From Ascidiella aspersa (taxonomy: Eukaryota), in contig OZ004610.1 in assembly GCA_963924565.1 (NCBI GenBank), forward strand, positions 6,510,001-6,574,000: a DNA stretch of 64,000 bases, in the 5' to 3' direction. A model generated the notes under the pieces. The model saw only the letters and a list, made by a program, of their open reading frames with translations. It searched no databases and was not told where the DNA came from. The position numbers and the translations under genes were made by a program. Positions 25,201 to 37,600 of this stretch are shown in pieces (the stretch's first letter is position 1; the number at the start of each line of letters is the position of its first letter).

Positions 25201-28200
25201 GCCTTGTGTACTTCACGGCCTGGTTTCTGACGCGCAAACCGACCAGAGATAGATTTCGAGAAAGGTTCTGTTTTGGTGGCGGTCGGATTATGCACATTTG
25301 CCGCGTCACCAAAAGAGCGGGGGTCACGGCACGTTTTTCTGACTCTACCGGGGCGTGTTGTGCACGATGCTTAACGCCCCGACCGTCAATTGCGGGCCGG
25401 TTTACTTGTCCGCTCCGACAATTATCTGTTTACCCCTTTTCACCCTCTTTTGATCAACTTTTTCAAACTGCTGGAAGAGTAGACGAAAAAATATAGCTGC
25501 CTTATATTCGTATATTCGCCTCGTAAACTTGCTTAGAAGATGAAAACACAATAAACCGTTTGTTGGGGAACTTGAAGATTTAACGAACGTTTACGGGCAA
25601 AGATAATAAAACAATATTTTTTTGTTTAAAAGGGCGTGCAGCAATTTGTTTTGTTTTTTGGAAAACGTAAACCAGACCATCGCTGCTCATTGTTTTTCTC
25701 CCAACTGTAAAACACCAAATAAGTCGCGTATAACTTTATGAGCTAACTATACCCCCGGGCTTGTATTCGGCGATTAGTGTGAACACATTGTGTCGCAATC
25801 TTTTAATTGTAAATTTACATAAAACTTTTAAAGCGGAGTCGCTTCTCTTCGTTAAGGACGGACAAAGAGACGGAAGTTTTCGACATTTTAAGAAGTGTTT
25901 TTTAATAAAATTTAGCGCGCTGCTTCGATGTACTAATAATGTTTACCGTCATCACATCAACTTGAGCACGCATCTTACGCAAGATGCGTCACTATATGAC
26001 GTCGCATTTATGCTATTGGGATAATTCAGGCGAAAATCGTAAAGACAACCTATAAGGTTTAAACTGAAAATATATTTTATCGAGCCTGTTTGGCACAATA
26101 TTGTTTAAAAAAAACACAAAATACGACAAGCAATTCTCTCGAGGCGTAATTAAAAATTTACCGCACAAAAACAGAAAATCCCAAGCAACAGGATTTAAAA
26201 GGGAAGCACGTGCAATTATATTGACCCTGATTCACCAGACAACGCAATTAGCACAGCTTGTCCCTTGCAAATAGCGGTAAACCGAATTGCCTAGCAAAGC
26301 AAATAAAATCAAGGGCAGCTGGCGAACGCAATTTCGGTTAATTGTCGATCTTTCTGTTCGGTATCGCATATATAGTCACCAGTTCATAAAACACAACGAT
26401 CACATTTCTTCTCAATAACATTGAGATGTCATTTGTAGGTCACTTTGCCATTTTTATAAACCGATGGGGTCTTGTTTTATTGATAACATACATTCAACGC
26501 CAAAAAAACTATTTTAGCTAGAAGTTCTTTGTGAAAAGCTGTATATGTCTGATTCTAAATATGGTTATCAGATGGCACTGTATAACGACAAGTTGTCCTA
26601 AAATTTTGACAAGTTTTTGCACTGTTTCGTGCCTTTTAATTGATTTCATTTCTACTTTGACCCGATGAAGCACTACAGTTCGAATGCGTTTTTAGGTTAT
26701 ACAGTGCCACATGATTACCACATGTAGAAGCTGTTTCTTTTCCTTAAAATCGTACAACCTCTGTACTTCTTACTATTTTACTGTCCAAAAAAGAACTACC
26801 ACAAAAACGATGCTTTCATTGCTATGCCAATATTAATGGATAAATCTCGAAGTTTTGCCGAAATATTTGTTCACTAGTTTTGACTCGAGTTCAATCACTA
26901 ACGCAAAGGCTTTATATGTATAGGTGAGCTTCTGCGGCCGCTGTTCATATACTGCAATCGCTTCTAAGTATCTGTTAATGCTGACTTTCGATGGACGTTT
27001 TGTGCCGGGCCAAGCGCTTACAAAGTGACTCTTACCCCATCAGCGATCGCCCATTTATATCGTCCAAAACAGCCGCGGCACCGATGCCTGTTTTTCCTGT
27101 ATCGCGCCCCGCTGCCCCCTTTTGTCTAATTCGTGCAACAAACCGCGCCGTTCGCATCGCTAATTATGACGTCACGGCTCGCAGCAGGTAGCCGGTTTGC
27201 GGCCGAACATAATCCTGTCGTCATCCGACCAGTAACGGGAGGCCGCTGTGTTTATCCAGCGTCGCAGTGGGCCAGCACGTTGCTGAAAGCAGCAGATTTT
27301 CCTTTTCCGCCACCTTTCGCTGTTTTTAAATGCAGTATGCATGCCTTGTTTACACCTTCGTGTCTTGACTTCTTATTTACAGCTTGACGGGTTGAGCGGA
27401 GATTTATGATGGCCGTACCGTTATTCTCATACAGATAACCGAAATTTTGCGTAAAATTGACACTCAATTAGATAGATTTATTATGATGCCCATACCTGAC
27501 ATTTTTAGACAAAAACCTAACGACCCAATATCAATTTAATAAATACAAAGTTGAGGTTAGCAAAATTGGCCAACGTAAGACGTACAAAGGTCGTGGTGAG
27601 GTAGGTTACTACTTGTTATAAAAAGTAATAAGGAGGTGCCGATACTAGCAAAGCATCGCACGATTGTAGCAATACAACAACCTGGTATCAAGTACCGAGT
27701 GATATCTGCGTATATAGGACATAACTTTTATGTAAATTTAGTTAATTTAATACAGCTGCCTGCATTCCACTGGAAGGCGATGGGTTCGACGTCATAGCGT
27801 CATAGCCCTTGTACATTTCGGAACGCAAGGGACAAGTGTGCTTGCAAAATGTTGAGAACGACGCGCAAAAGCCAGTGCACAGGCGTCCAATACGCTCTGA
27901 ATGCAAGCCCAGGTTTCCCAATTCAGAAACTTCGCGGCGCAAATATCCCGTGGGGTCGTACGAATCCTGCAAACCTTCTGGATCGGAAACGCTGTAAAAT
28001 CGGGGAAACACAAGAACAAATGAACAAGTCATTTAGTTCTGTTTTCGAAGTAAAGGTTTGGCTAAAAACGAAACGCGGATAAAAAGAAATTTCGTTTGCG
28101 GTCAAATCAACGCCCTGCATGCAGAACATGCGAGCTTAACAAATGCGAAAATGTGCTATGATTTCATTCAAAAACTACTGCGAAAGTGCTATGATTCATT

Positions 28201-28711
28201 CAAGTACCAATCAACAAGAACCACTCCCAACTCATAAAATAGTGTCTTGTCGAATAAATTTGTTTACAGCCTAATATGGTAAGCTTTGTCGCCGTTACAA
28301 GACGTAAAAGCATACGCGGCAAACTTAACACACCTAGTCAAAAAAGCGTGCCTTTGTGTGACTGCGAACCGCCATATGGTTGCCCACGTGTTTGAACAAC
28401 TCCCAGAAGACCTTTCGCACAACAATTTAGAGCCAGCCAAATGGCGGGGATACAGGAGTCCGATTCCCGTAAGACCTTGGCCGGTCTGTCGACTCGCGCT
28501 TGTGCTGCTTAGCGCCTTTGTTTGTTTGTTGTTGTTGTTGGTTTGTCTGGCGATGGTCTGGGCAAAGCTTTGGCGCGCCTTTTGCTTTGCAAGATGCGCG
28601 TAACGCCATGTTATTGGTGCACACCTGCTGTCGATGCGAAACCCTTCGTATAGTAGACACGTTCGTTAGGCTTATTGATTTATAATTATTGTTGAAGTCA
28701 TTGTGCATTCG

Positions 28712-29090
28712 GGAAGTGCGATACTTTCACTTTGTACTCTGTTCCAATACCAATACACATTTTTAGGAAAATAATACTGACGATCCGATCCGATCCGATT
28801 CTAAACGTCAAATAAGCAAATTGGATTTAGTTTATTGTTTTACAACAAATATATGATTTTTTAGCGTCCTTGACAAACGATTCAAAGTCGCCGAATAGTA
28901 AAGCGAAAAACTGCTCCGGCGCTTGAAAACGTAGATACCTTTATTGTTGCTATTCTATTTAAAAAATATGTATTTTAAATTGTACACGCTAAGTTAGATC
29001 GCAACCATGGCTCCATTGAATAAATTAATATGAGATCGGATCGGGATCGACACACATTAGTATTGAACGAGTACCGATACTAACACTTCG
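28712..29090. mobile_element. CCGAT(CCGAT)n-type MITE; related fragment at ~52590-52690
   Basis: gaagtgcgatac..gatccgatccgatccgat and the inverse gatcggatcgg..gtaccgatactaacacttc. Confidence 0.5.
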
Positions 29091-29224
29091 CATCCGGGTC
29101 AGACAAACCTTTATATTTGGTGTTAAGGTAATTTGAATCCGGTTTGAGGTCAATCAACTTTAAATGTTTCGTAGTTTAGAACCTGATATACATTCGACGG
29201 CAGACGATTCGATTCGGTCTATTG

Positions 29225-29700
29225 CAGGGTTTCTCAACCGTGGCCCTCGGCCCCCCTGGGGGGCCACGGAGCGGGGATTGGGGGGCCACATGCATAACTC
29301 TCATACTATAGGTCATGGTATTAGAAAGCTTCATTATTGGAAATCGCAATTATAATGATCTTTGCGAAGCTGGATTTTGCGATCTTGCTTGAATTAATAA
29401 AACGAAATGGCTCAAAACAAAACAGAGCCGAATAAAAAATACCTTAGCGGAGTACAAGATTGAGCTTTGCAATGACTACTAACTACGTTAATTTAAAGTG
29501 AAATAACAGATTTGTTAATTAATTATAAAGTAAATGCATTCATTCGTTAGACTTCGTTTAAATGGTTGTATTTGTTACTGACGTTGAGAACAAGCGAAAA
29601 CACGTAAATACAATGCTAGGTAGTTTTTATAAGCAGGGGGCCACGAAGGTTGAGAGCCTATTAAAGGGGGCCACAGAGCATAAAAGGTTGAGAACCACTG
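29225..29700. mobile_element. hAT-type MITE; partial reverse copy from ~35790
   Basis: TIRs cagggtttctcaacc / ggttgagaaccactg; perfect 8-bp TSD GTCTATTG; GGGGGCCAC subterminal repeats. Confidence 0.88.
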
Positions 29701-31519
29701 GTCTATTGCTTGTTTGGTGCTTAATGTGGATTATTATACGCTTTTATTTCACCAACATCACATAACGTCATTTCCATGAGTTTGTGAAACAAAATTTCCA
29801 AAGCACAAAATGCCGCGTCGGATGGCAAACCACGGCCAAAAGATTTGTATCACTGCGAATACAGATACTATACTTCTTTACATCACGTATCGGTTCTAAA
29901 CCTATACTATTGGACATCCTAAATCGGGAGTCGTGGCAGTTCAACGTTAATAAAGTTAAGTTTATATGAAGAACTAAGTGAGTTGAATAGATGTTTTAAA
30001 AACTTTAACGTTATTAGAGCCTTTTAAAAACCTTACTGGTGTTATTCATGAACACAATGCTTTAGTTAGACAAAAAATACAAAATAGCCTTCTAAACAAA
30101 TTGTGTGTAACAAATTGTATTTGTAACAAATTGAATATAACAGATTGTGTTTGTTTACATGAATATTGTGAATCACTAACAAACCACATTTTTTTCTGCT
30201 TTTCAAAAACAACAACAAACGTGTGTTGTGAAAATCTAATATTTAAAGCTTTCATATGCCGGCCAAATAAACGTGTTTCTGCGTTCGTGGAAATAAATAC
30301 AAAAGCATTAAAAACGAAAACGTGACAGGCTTCCAGCCACGGTGAGTGCCATTCCGTGGTGTCGTTTCCGCTTACCTGGTGATCGACAGTTTTTAAACGC
30401 ACGTCGATCAACTTAGCACCTCTTGTAACAACTCGGGTCGGTGCTAATCTGTTCAGTCCTGCTTTGAAATTGCCACTGTCGGTACAAGCAGAATGACAGC
30501 GGTAAAGCGACGGCCAACATTGTCAATTTTGCGCGATATTTAGAACCAAGCTGTCGGAAATTGTGGACATACACTCCAGTCGAAAAGTCTCTAATCGGAG
30601 ACTTCGGAAGGCGATATTGGAGAACTGTTAACCTCGACGATTGGCCTATGCCACTTTATGTAAACAAATACATGGATGTTACATATATCAAATCTACAGT
30701 TTGTAAACATATCCAAGTTTGTATATCATTTTAATAAATTACTGCCTCCTCCAGTCACGCAGTATAGCCGGTTGTTTTGCTCAGGTTTGGAACTGCTAAT
30801 GCCATACTTTGAATGTGTTTACAGAAGTAAATTTAGTCTTGTTTTGTTCGTTAACCTGTACTGGATTTTACGTCGACCTCAGGCCAAAAGAAGACGGGCA
30901 AACTCGTGATATTATTTTAAAGAAAATAAAATTTTCGCGCGAAATCGCTTCCTAAAAGTAAAAAAAAATAAATAAATAAATAAAAAAAAAATAATTACAA
31001 AACCGATTACTGGCCATCTTCCCATTCAGTAAGCCTAATCATACCCGTACAAAGAATGAATTGATCTTAAAGAATGGGTAAGTAAGCGAACCGGTTGTTG
31101 AATAGATTGTATCCAACCACCACCATATTTAGGTAATACTACTAAGTCAGACGAGATGAGTAAGGGCGTTTGTCCGCTTGGAATTTCTTTCTACATTTTT
31201 TTTTTGTTTTTATTCCAACAAAATTTTTCTTTTTTTAATTATTTTCACAGAAAGGATATCTTTCACCGTAACAATGTGACTTATATTAAATTTCCTTGAC
31301 ATTGACTTTTACTATTATTTACTGGATAATGTTGCGTTTAATAAATAGAAATATTAGTACAGTAGAGAATTAACTAGGAATCTTTGAATTTCTGGTCTTT
31401 GTCTTCTCACTAAAACTTACAATGTCAACACAAGAATTGCAGACGTTGAGTGTATTAAAAAATGATTCGGACGAAAACGCCGCGTCGCAAAAATGCGGTG
31501 GAGCGTTTCGGCGGGGCCT

Positions 31520-31570
31520 GGGTGACCTGCAGGGGGCGAATGCACTGAAGCCCCCGCAAGTTCAGCACCC
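31520..31570 (-). promoter_or_regulatory. conserved post-SECIS hairpin in the GPx-B 3'UTR
   Basis: GGGUG-cuga-ACUUGCGGGGGC-uucagugcauuc-GCCCCCUGCAGGU-CACCC; the 13-mer AGUGCAUUCGCCC is shared with the GPx-A 3'UTR. Confidence 0.55.
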
Positions 31571-31577
31571 TCGTCGA

Positions 31578-31650
31578 AATCGCTACGAGCTCGGCCCCTC
31601 CCGTCTGCGCATGCGCAGTTTCCGGGAACGACGTCATTTAGGCATTTTTT
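31578..31650 (-). promoter_or_regulatory. SECIS element (type II) of GPx-B
   Basis: AUGAC-GUCGUUCCCG-G-AAA-CUGCG(CAUG)CGCAG-A-CGGGAGGGGC-CGAG: UGA/GA quartet, 10-bp helix II, unpaired AA, apical ministem; core spans 31637-31590, 57 nt after the TAG. Confidence 0.9.
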
Positions 31651-31693
31651 GCGCGGAGGTTTTCCGTCCGTTGTTTGTGTCGTTTGCAGCACG

Positions 31694-34600
31694 CTAGTCG
31701 TCCAACAGTTCGTTAATCAGCTCGCGCAGCCGACCAACGGACGATGAGTCTCCCATTGTTGAAGTGTAGCTAAAAAAGTAAACCTGTAGTTTTAGCAGAG
31801 ATAATGGACACTTTAAAGTTAAACAAAGCATGGCTACTGAGTCGGTTAAAAATTGTCCGAGTCCGACTCCGTTCAAAAAAATGAACCAAGTCCGAGTCAC
31901 GAGTCAAACTCCGGGCAAATGTGCCATTTCGTCGAGTTCCAAGTCCGGTTCCCCGCCCCCGTATTTCACCCATTTACTTAACTAAAATAGGGTAGGTATA
32001 AAGCAATCGGCTCGCGCAGCCGATTCACTGGTGAGGAGTCTCCCATGGTTGAAGTGAAGCTGAAAAAGTAAAACTATGCTCTTATGGCGGAGAAAACGGA
32101 CACTTTAAAGCGCTGCTAAGACGGTTAAAAATAACTCGAGTCTGACTCCGGCCAAAAAAATGAACCCGAGTTCGACTCCCGAGTCTGACTCCAGGCATAT
32201 ATGCGATCTCGTCGAGTTCCGAGTCCGGTTCCAACTCTTCAGCCTGTATTTCACCAATTTTACCCCCCTTGGTGGAAAATATTCCACCATTTCTATTCCA
32301 CGTTTATATTTTACAGTTTGCGGCATTATCAGAAATAGATATCAGCTTACCTTTCGCTTAAAAGTTGATTAATCCACGGTTTAAGGTCGATCGGTAAAGT
32401 CGAGCTCTCGAAACGGAATCTGCAAGATGTAATCAAAACTTTCAGGTGTGTAAAAGTTACGCCTGAAAACCACACACGTTTTTGACTTTGCTTCGTGTTG
32501 TTAAATTTGCTTATAATTTGCAGTTTCTTATTTAGTAGGTCATCATTATTTTCCTATGGTTGACACAAATTTTACAACTTAAATTTGCATAAATAAAATT
32601 GTAAAGCTATCGTTGCAAACTTTTATTTGCTGTTCGCCCCTTTTGAAGAAAAAGTACTAAATTGTTCTTATTTTTTTTATCCACCAATGATTGACTTTAC
32701 TAAAAAAACGAAACTGAAGTAAGAGGTAAAGTAGGTGAAGGGTTTTGGATGAATATCTTTTTATTGACGGTCCTTCTACTTAATAACCATTCTACTTGAA
32801 AACCATACACCATAAAGGTTCTGATGCCGCTACGAAGCTAGGGAGTATAGGGACCGTGATGTGAACTGCGCACGACAGTAGAAGATCAGTTATCCGTTTC
32901 GTTTTTGGTGGTAGCAGTACTGTATTAAGTAGCAGGTAAATAGTTAGTATTATTGTAGCTATTATTATTTTGTCACAAAACACAACTGTGTCTGATAAAA
33001 ACGTCACTCCTGAATCAAGCAGACACCGTACGATAGCCTTTTTCATTTGTACTAAACAGGCCTGGTAGCAACAGCATATTTATTTATCTATGTTTATTGT
33101 TTTTTATTACGATAACCTTATATAAATTCTAAACAAGTGACACATTCGCGTAAAAATAATTTAAAACTTTTCTGCACACCTTGGTACTCCCTTTTTGTCG
33201 AGCAGAAATTTGTTAAAATTCCACGTAATGTCGTTGCCGCGTATGGGGTCCCAGAAGAATTCTGTCTTCGTGCCGATAAGGTTGCCCACAGTTGGACAGG
33301 ACGCCTGCGAAATTGCAATTTTAGCGCTTTACCCACAACGTAAAACACGAGGTTGTTTCTTGTTAAGATAACGCGTTTTGTAATTGTAAAAAAAGTAATT
33401 ATTTATTTAATTATCGTGCGTAATCACAACCGCGCTTTGGCTAATAACCGCCGCGAATGAGCATTGTATCAGTGATTCTCAACCTTTTATGGCTTATGGC
33501 ACCCCTTAAAAATAATTAATAAATAGATTTTCGGCGCATCGACTGGAATTTTTGTTTTTTTCGGTATTTTACTAAAATGTCACTGTAAATGTAACTGGAA
33601 CAACACAATCAACTTACAACATGTGGGAAAATGTCATTTGATATAACAGTCTCTAATCGTACGCAAATGGTTGTATCATAAATCTTCCCAATTGAGCAAA
33701 AAATAGATTCCTAACCATTCCCAAACACCTATCGGCACCCTTGAGCATTAGAAACGGCACACGAGGGCGCTGCGGCACCCCGGTTGAGAACCACCGCATT
33801 ATAGCCTCCCATTAGAATTAATAAGCCAGAACATTATTGTTTTTTAATTTCACTTCTAAACTTAGTTTATAAGGCTCTACAAACAAAACGTATAGATTTA
33901 TCCCGAACGAGACGCGACTTAACTCACATAGACAGCATGTCTTGTACAGTATTAAGTTCAAATAAAATATTCATATGTAAACTTTAGTGTGCCATTTTAG
34001 AATTTAGGACAAACAATATCCCATCAGCGTTAAATTGTAGAAAACCATGTGTTGCTGTCAATAAGTATAGAATGTTTTATTTCAACGATATACGTGACTT
34101 TCCTAGCGACTAAAAGGCGGGACCTTGGAATGGTTGTCTGTGGCATATAGGTCAAAAATTTCTACGAACTTTTTCTGCTATTGCTAAAGAGATGAATAGA
34201 TGACTGGTGTGCCTTTGAGTCCGCAACGCAATGGAAATTACTGCCATGACAATCGCAATATGCTCTTTAGGCATAAGCCGCTTGCGAGTGTTTAAGAGCA
34301 AAATGTCTCAGTTACTTATTTGTTGCACACGTTGCAATATCTAACGTGTTATCATCATTAGAACTTTTAAGCCCGTTTCAATGGTTTTCAAACGGATTGG
34401 TTACGGCAGTGGTTCCCAACGCATGGGTCGCGACCCAAAGTTGGGTCGCCTGATTATTTTTTGGGGTCGCTTGTTTTCAGGCATATTGTATCTTTTAACA
34501 AAACTGGAAATCATAACCACAAAATATGAAAACTAAACAGCGAAACCGGCTGGTTGTTAAAGCTGACATGCGTGACATGCGTGTTACATGGTCCAGCAAA

Positions 34601-37600
34601 ATAACGCCTTGATTTCAAAAACTCACTGACAACAAGCGAGCACAACTATCTCATTCGTAATTTAATAAACATATTATTTTTGGAAAAAGTAACTGCTTTT
34701 GTAGTGCAGTTTGTTTGCAACGCAATCTTGTATTTGCTTGGGTCGCAAGATTATACAAAATAATTTTTTTTTCATATTGGGTCGCCTTAAAAACGTGTTG
34801 GGAACCACTGGTTTACGGCAAACTAAATCTAATAAAGTCCGCCGCACACTTTCTATAGAAAACAATAAAGACAAAACTTTTTCCTAATGCACTTCAAAGC
34901 ATTAGCTAAATGTAACAATGTTATCAGTTTTTTTAATAGTGCGTATTTTCTACGTATACCCTTGTATGCTAGCTTTATGCTTGCTTATTTGTATACAAAC
35001 AAAAGTGTTTCCAAAATTACAAAAAAGTTTTACGGCACACTTCAAAATTTCTCAAGGCACCTTTAAAAATCACTGGACTATATGTACTCAAATTTAAAGC
35101 ATTTTGGCGTGATGAAAAATAACCTCCAATTTCTACGAGATCTTTTTTATATTGACAATATTTCGTTCTAAACTTTTTTTTGTTACGTCGCATGAATCAC
35201 TTAGTGATAGAACATGACGTAAACACCCCTAAACCCTTGGCACCACGTATTTTTCCAGCGAAAAATTGTTTTAATTCTTTACAAAGCTTGTTTGGCAAAA
35301 AGAGAGTTTTTACCTTCATTTTCTTGTAAAGCTGCTCTTCGTTCTGTCCGTTCACTTCCACTTTGGTAAAGAAGTTTATCTTCGGGTTAGGAACGTAACC
35401 GTGACCGGGCCGAACGTACCTGATACCGTTGAAAATCTCCAAGTCGGTACCGGGCTCCTGTAGACCGAACTGGTTGCTGGGGAAGGCAAGGACGACCAGT
35501 GGCCTGTCTTTGTATTCCTGCGGAAAGAGTATAGTAGATGTATTTAACCTGCACTACCTAGCAAACCCGTTGTCACTGTCAGTTTACGCACAATAAGAGA
35601 TATGCGATTTGTTTTTAAAATATCTTCTAATAATGACAAGTTGCTGTACGGTATCCATTTTTTCTCTATTTTGTGGTGTTTTCTTGGCACCTACACTCAG
35701 TTGTTCCTAACCAGGATCATATAAATGCGGAAAATGAATTTAGTGGATGCATATAAGGTTATCGTAAATCATACAGAAAACTGCTAAACCAGTGGTTCTC
35801 AACCTTTTATACTTTGTGGCCTCCTTTTAAAGGCTCTCAACCCTCGTGCCCCCCTGCTTATCAAAAATACCTAATTCTATTTAACGTGTTTTCACTTGTT
35901 TTACTTCTTCACGTTTTTAACAAATACAGCCATTAATCAACGAATATTAAATTATCTTAGTTAGTCATTACAGAGTTTGTTCTTGGACTCCGCCAAAGTA
36001 TTTTTATATTCAGCTTTGTTTTGTACTGAGCCAAGCGATGTCACAACATTTGTCGATGATTTCTCCATTTTCGTTTTACTAATGCGTTACTATTACTTCA
36101 GCGATTTATAAGTTGTTGAAAAGTTTATTTCGCCTTTGAGTAAGACAGGATAGTCCTTATACGTGGCTTTAACGAATATAAGTGGTGTGCGGTCAAAATC
36201 GTGCTATTTCGACCACGTCATGTAATAATTAGGTATTTTAGATAAGCAGAAATAAGGGTTGAAGTCTCTGACAATCAGTCTCGCATGAATAATGCAATTT
36301 ATATCAGATTAAACATATTTCAACTATAACGCTTAGTTTGTTTACTGTAGTTTGTTGATTTATATTTTTAAAGGTGAACACAGTACATGTCTTGGATTAA
36401 CGTTTTTGTTTAGTCTTATTTTTGTACACGAAGTAAAGTCAGGTAGCAGCTGCTCAATGACTCAGTTTTTCGCTACCCCATGGGAACTACGAACGCCTCT
36501 CTTATTTTAATTTTTCGCGTGTTTACACTGTAATTTCAAAATAAATTTCAATATATCCATCTATCTTTGTTCATGAGTTTACCCTTCATTCTTTACCTTT
36601 TTTACAGTTCTGTCCACTTACTTGTAGTAGTGCATTCAGGCTGTGGTACTGAGATTTGGTGAGACCTCAGTAGGTCGCCACGTTCACGGCGATGGAGACG
36701 TTACCCTTGAACTTGCGAAGGTTAACTACAGACCCATTCTGTTGACTCGAAAACGTGTTGTCGTACACCGAGTACTGAAGTAAAAATGATATAGAAATAA
36801 TAAAAACGCACTTTATGCAAAGCTAACAAGGCTTGTCGAGTAAACCAAATTGGCTTGGCCGTTTCGGAGCCTACTGGTAACGTGCTTCAACAATCCGAAG
36901 TCACCTTGCATTGCACTTGAAAGGCGTATGTCAGGGGTCGGAAACCTGCGGCCCGCCTTGAATGTTAAAATTTTAGTTAGTCTTTTGCTCGTATATATGC
37001 CTTTCGAGAAAAGTTTGACGCCGTATACAGCTTGGAACTATCAATAGAAGTTTCGCTAATCAGTATATTTGAATTCAATGTATTGTGCTTCGCACTAGTT
37101 TATTGCGTCTTTTAAATACAAACGTAAAAAATACCAAGAGTTTAACATTCCTATTCATCTTACACGAGAAACTGGTTTGACGATTAAATTTATTGCATGT
37201 TTTTTACACCTTTTTAATGTGATTATGGTTGAAGCTGTGCTGACTCGATTTTAATCCAAACAAACGCAAATGCGAACGTCTTGTCGTCTTCTCTGTAAAT
37301 GTAGAAAATTTGCTGATTTTCAAATGGAAAAAAAAACTAGGTCCGTCTCTTAATAACAGTCGTTTCAATGCTAGTAAATTATCAGTTTACATTTATAACG
37401 GCCCGTCGAGACTCTTCAAAATTTGGGTAAGGCCCGCGACTAGTAAAAGGTTGCCTCCCTGATATATGTGATCTAAAATGACATCCATTTCGGCCATTAT
37501 TTTTGTTTCAACTATAATACTAGTTTACATTTTATTCGGGCAAAAACCGGCGAAGTTAAATTTAGTCGATTTAACTTATTTGCCTTGTTTTATTGTTTTC

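Noticed and set aside
31534-31555. CAGUGC loop as an iron-responsive element
   Set aside because: No 5-bp stem closes the hexaloop, there is no bulged C, and the paralog has UAGUGC.
31605-31637. Apparent NRF1 palindrome TGCGCATGCGCA, STAT site TTCCGGGAA and CRE-like motif suggesting a housekeeping promoter
   Set aside because: These bases are exactly the apical ministem, helix II and core of the GPx-B SECIS, which explains them better.
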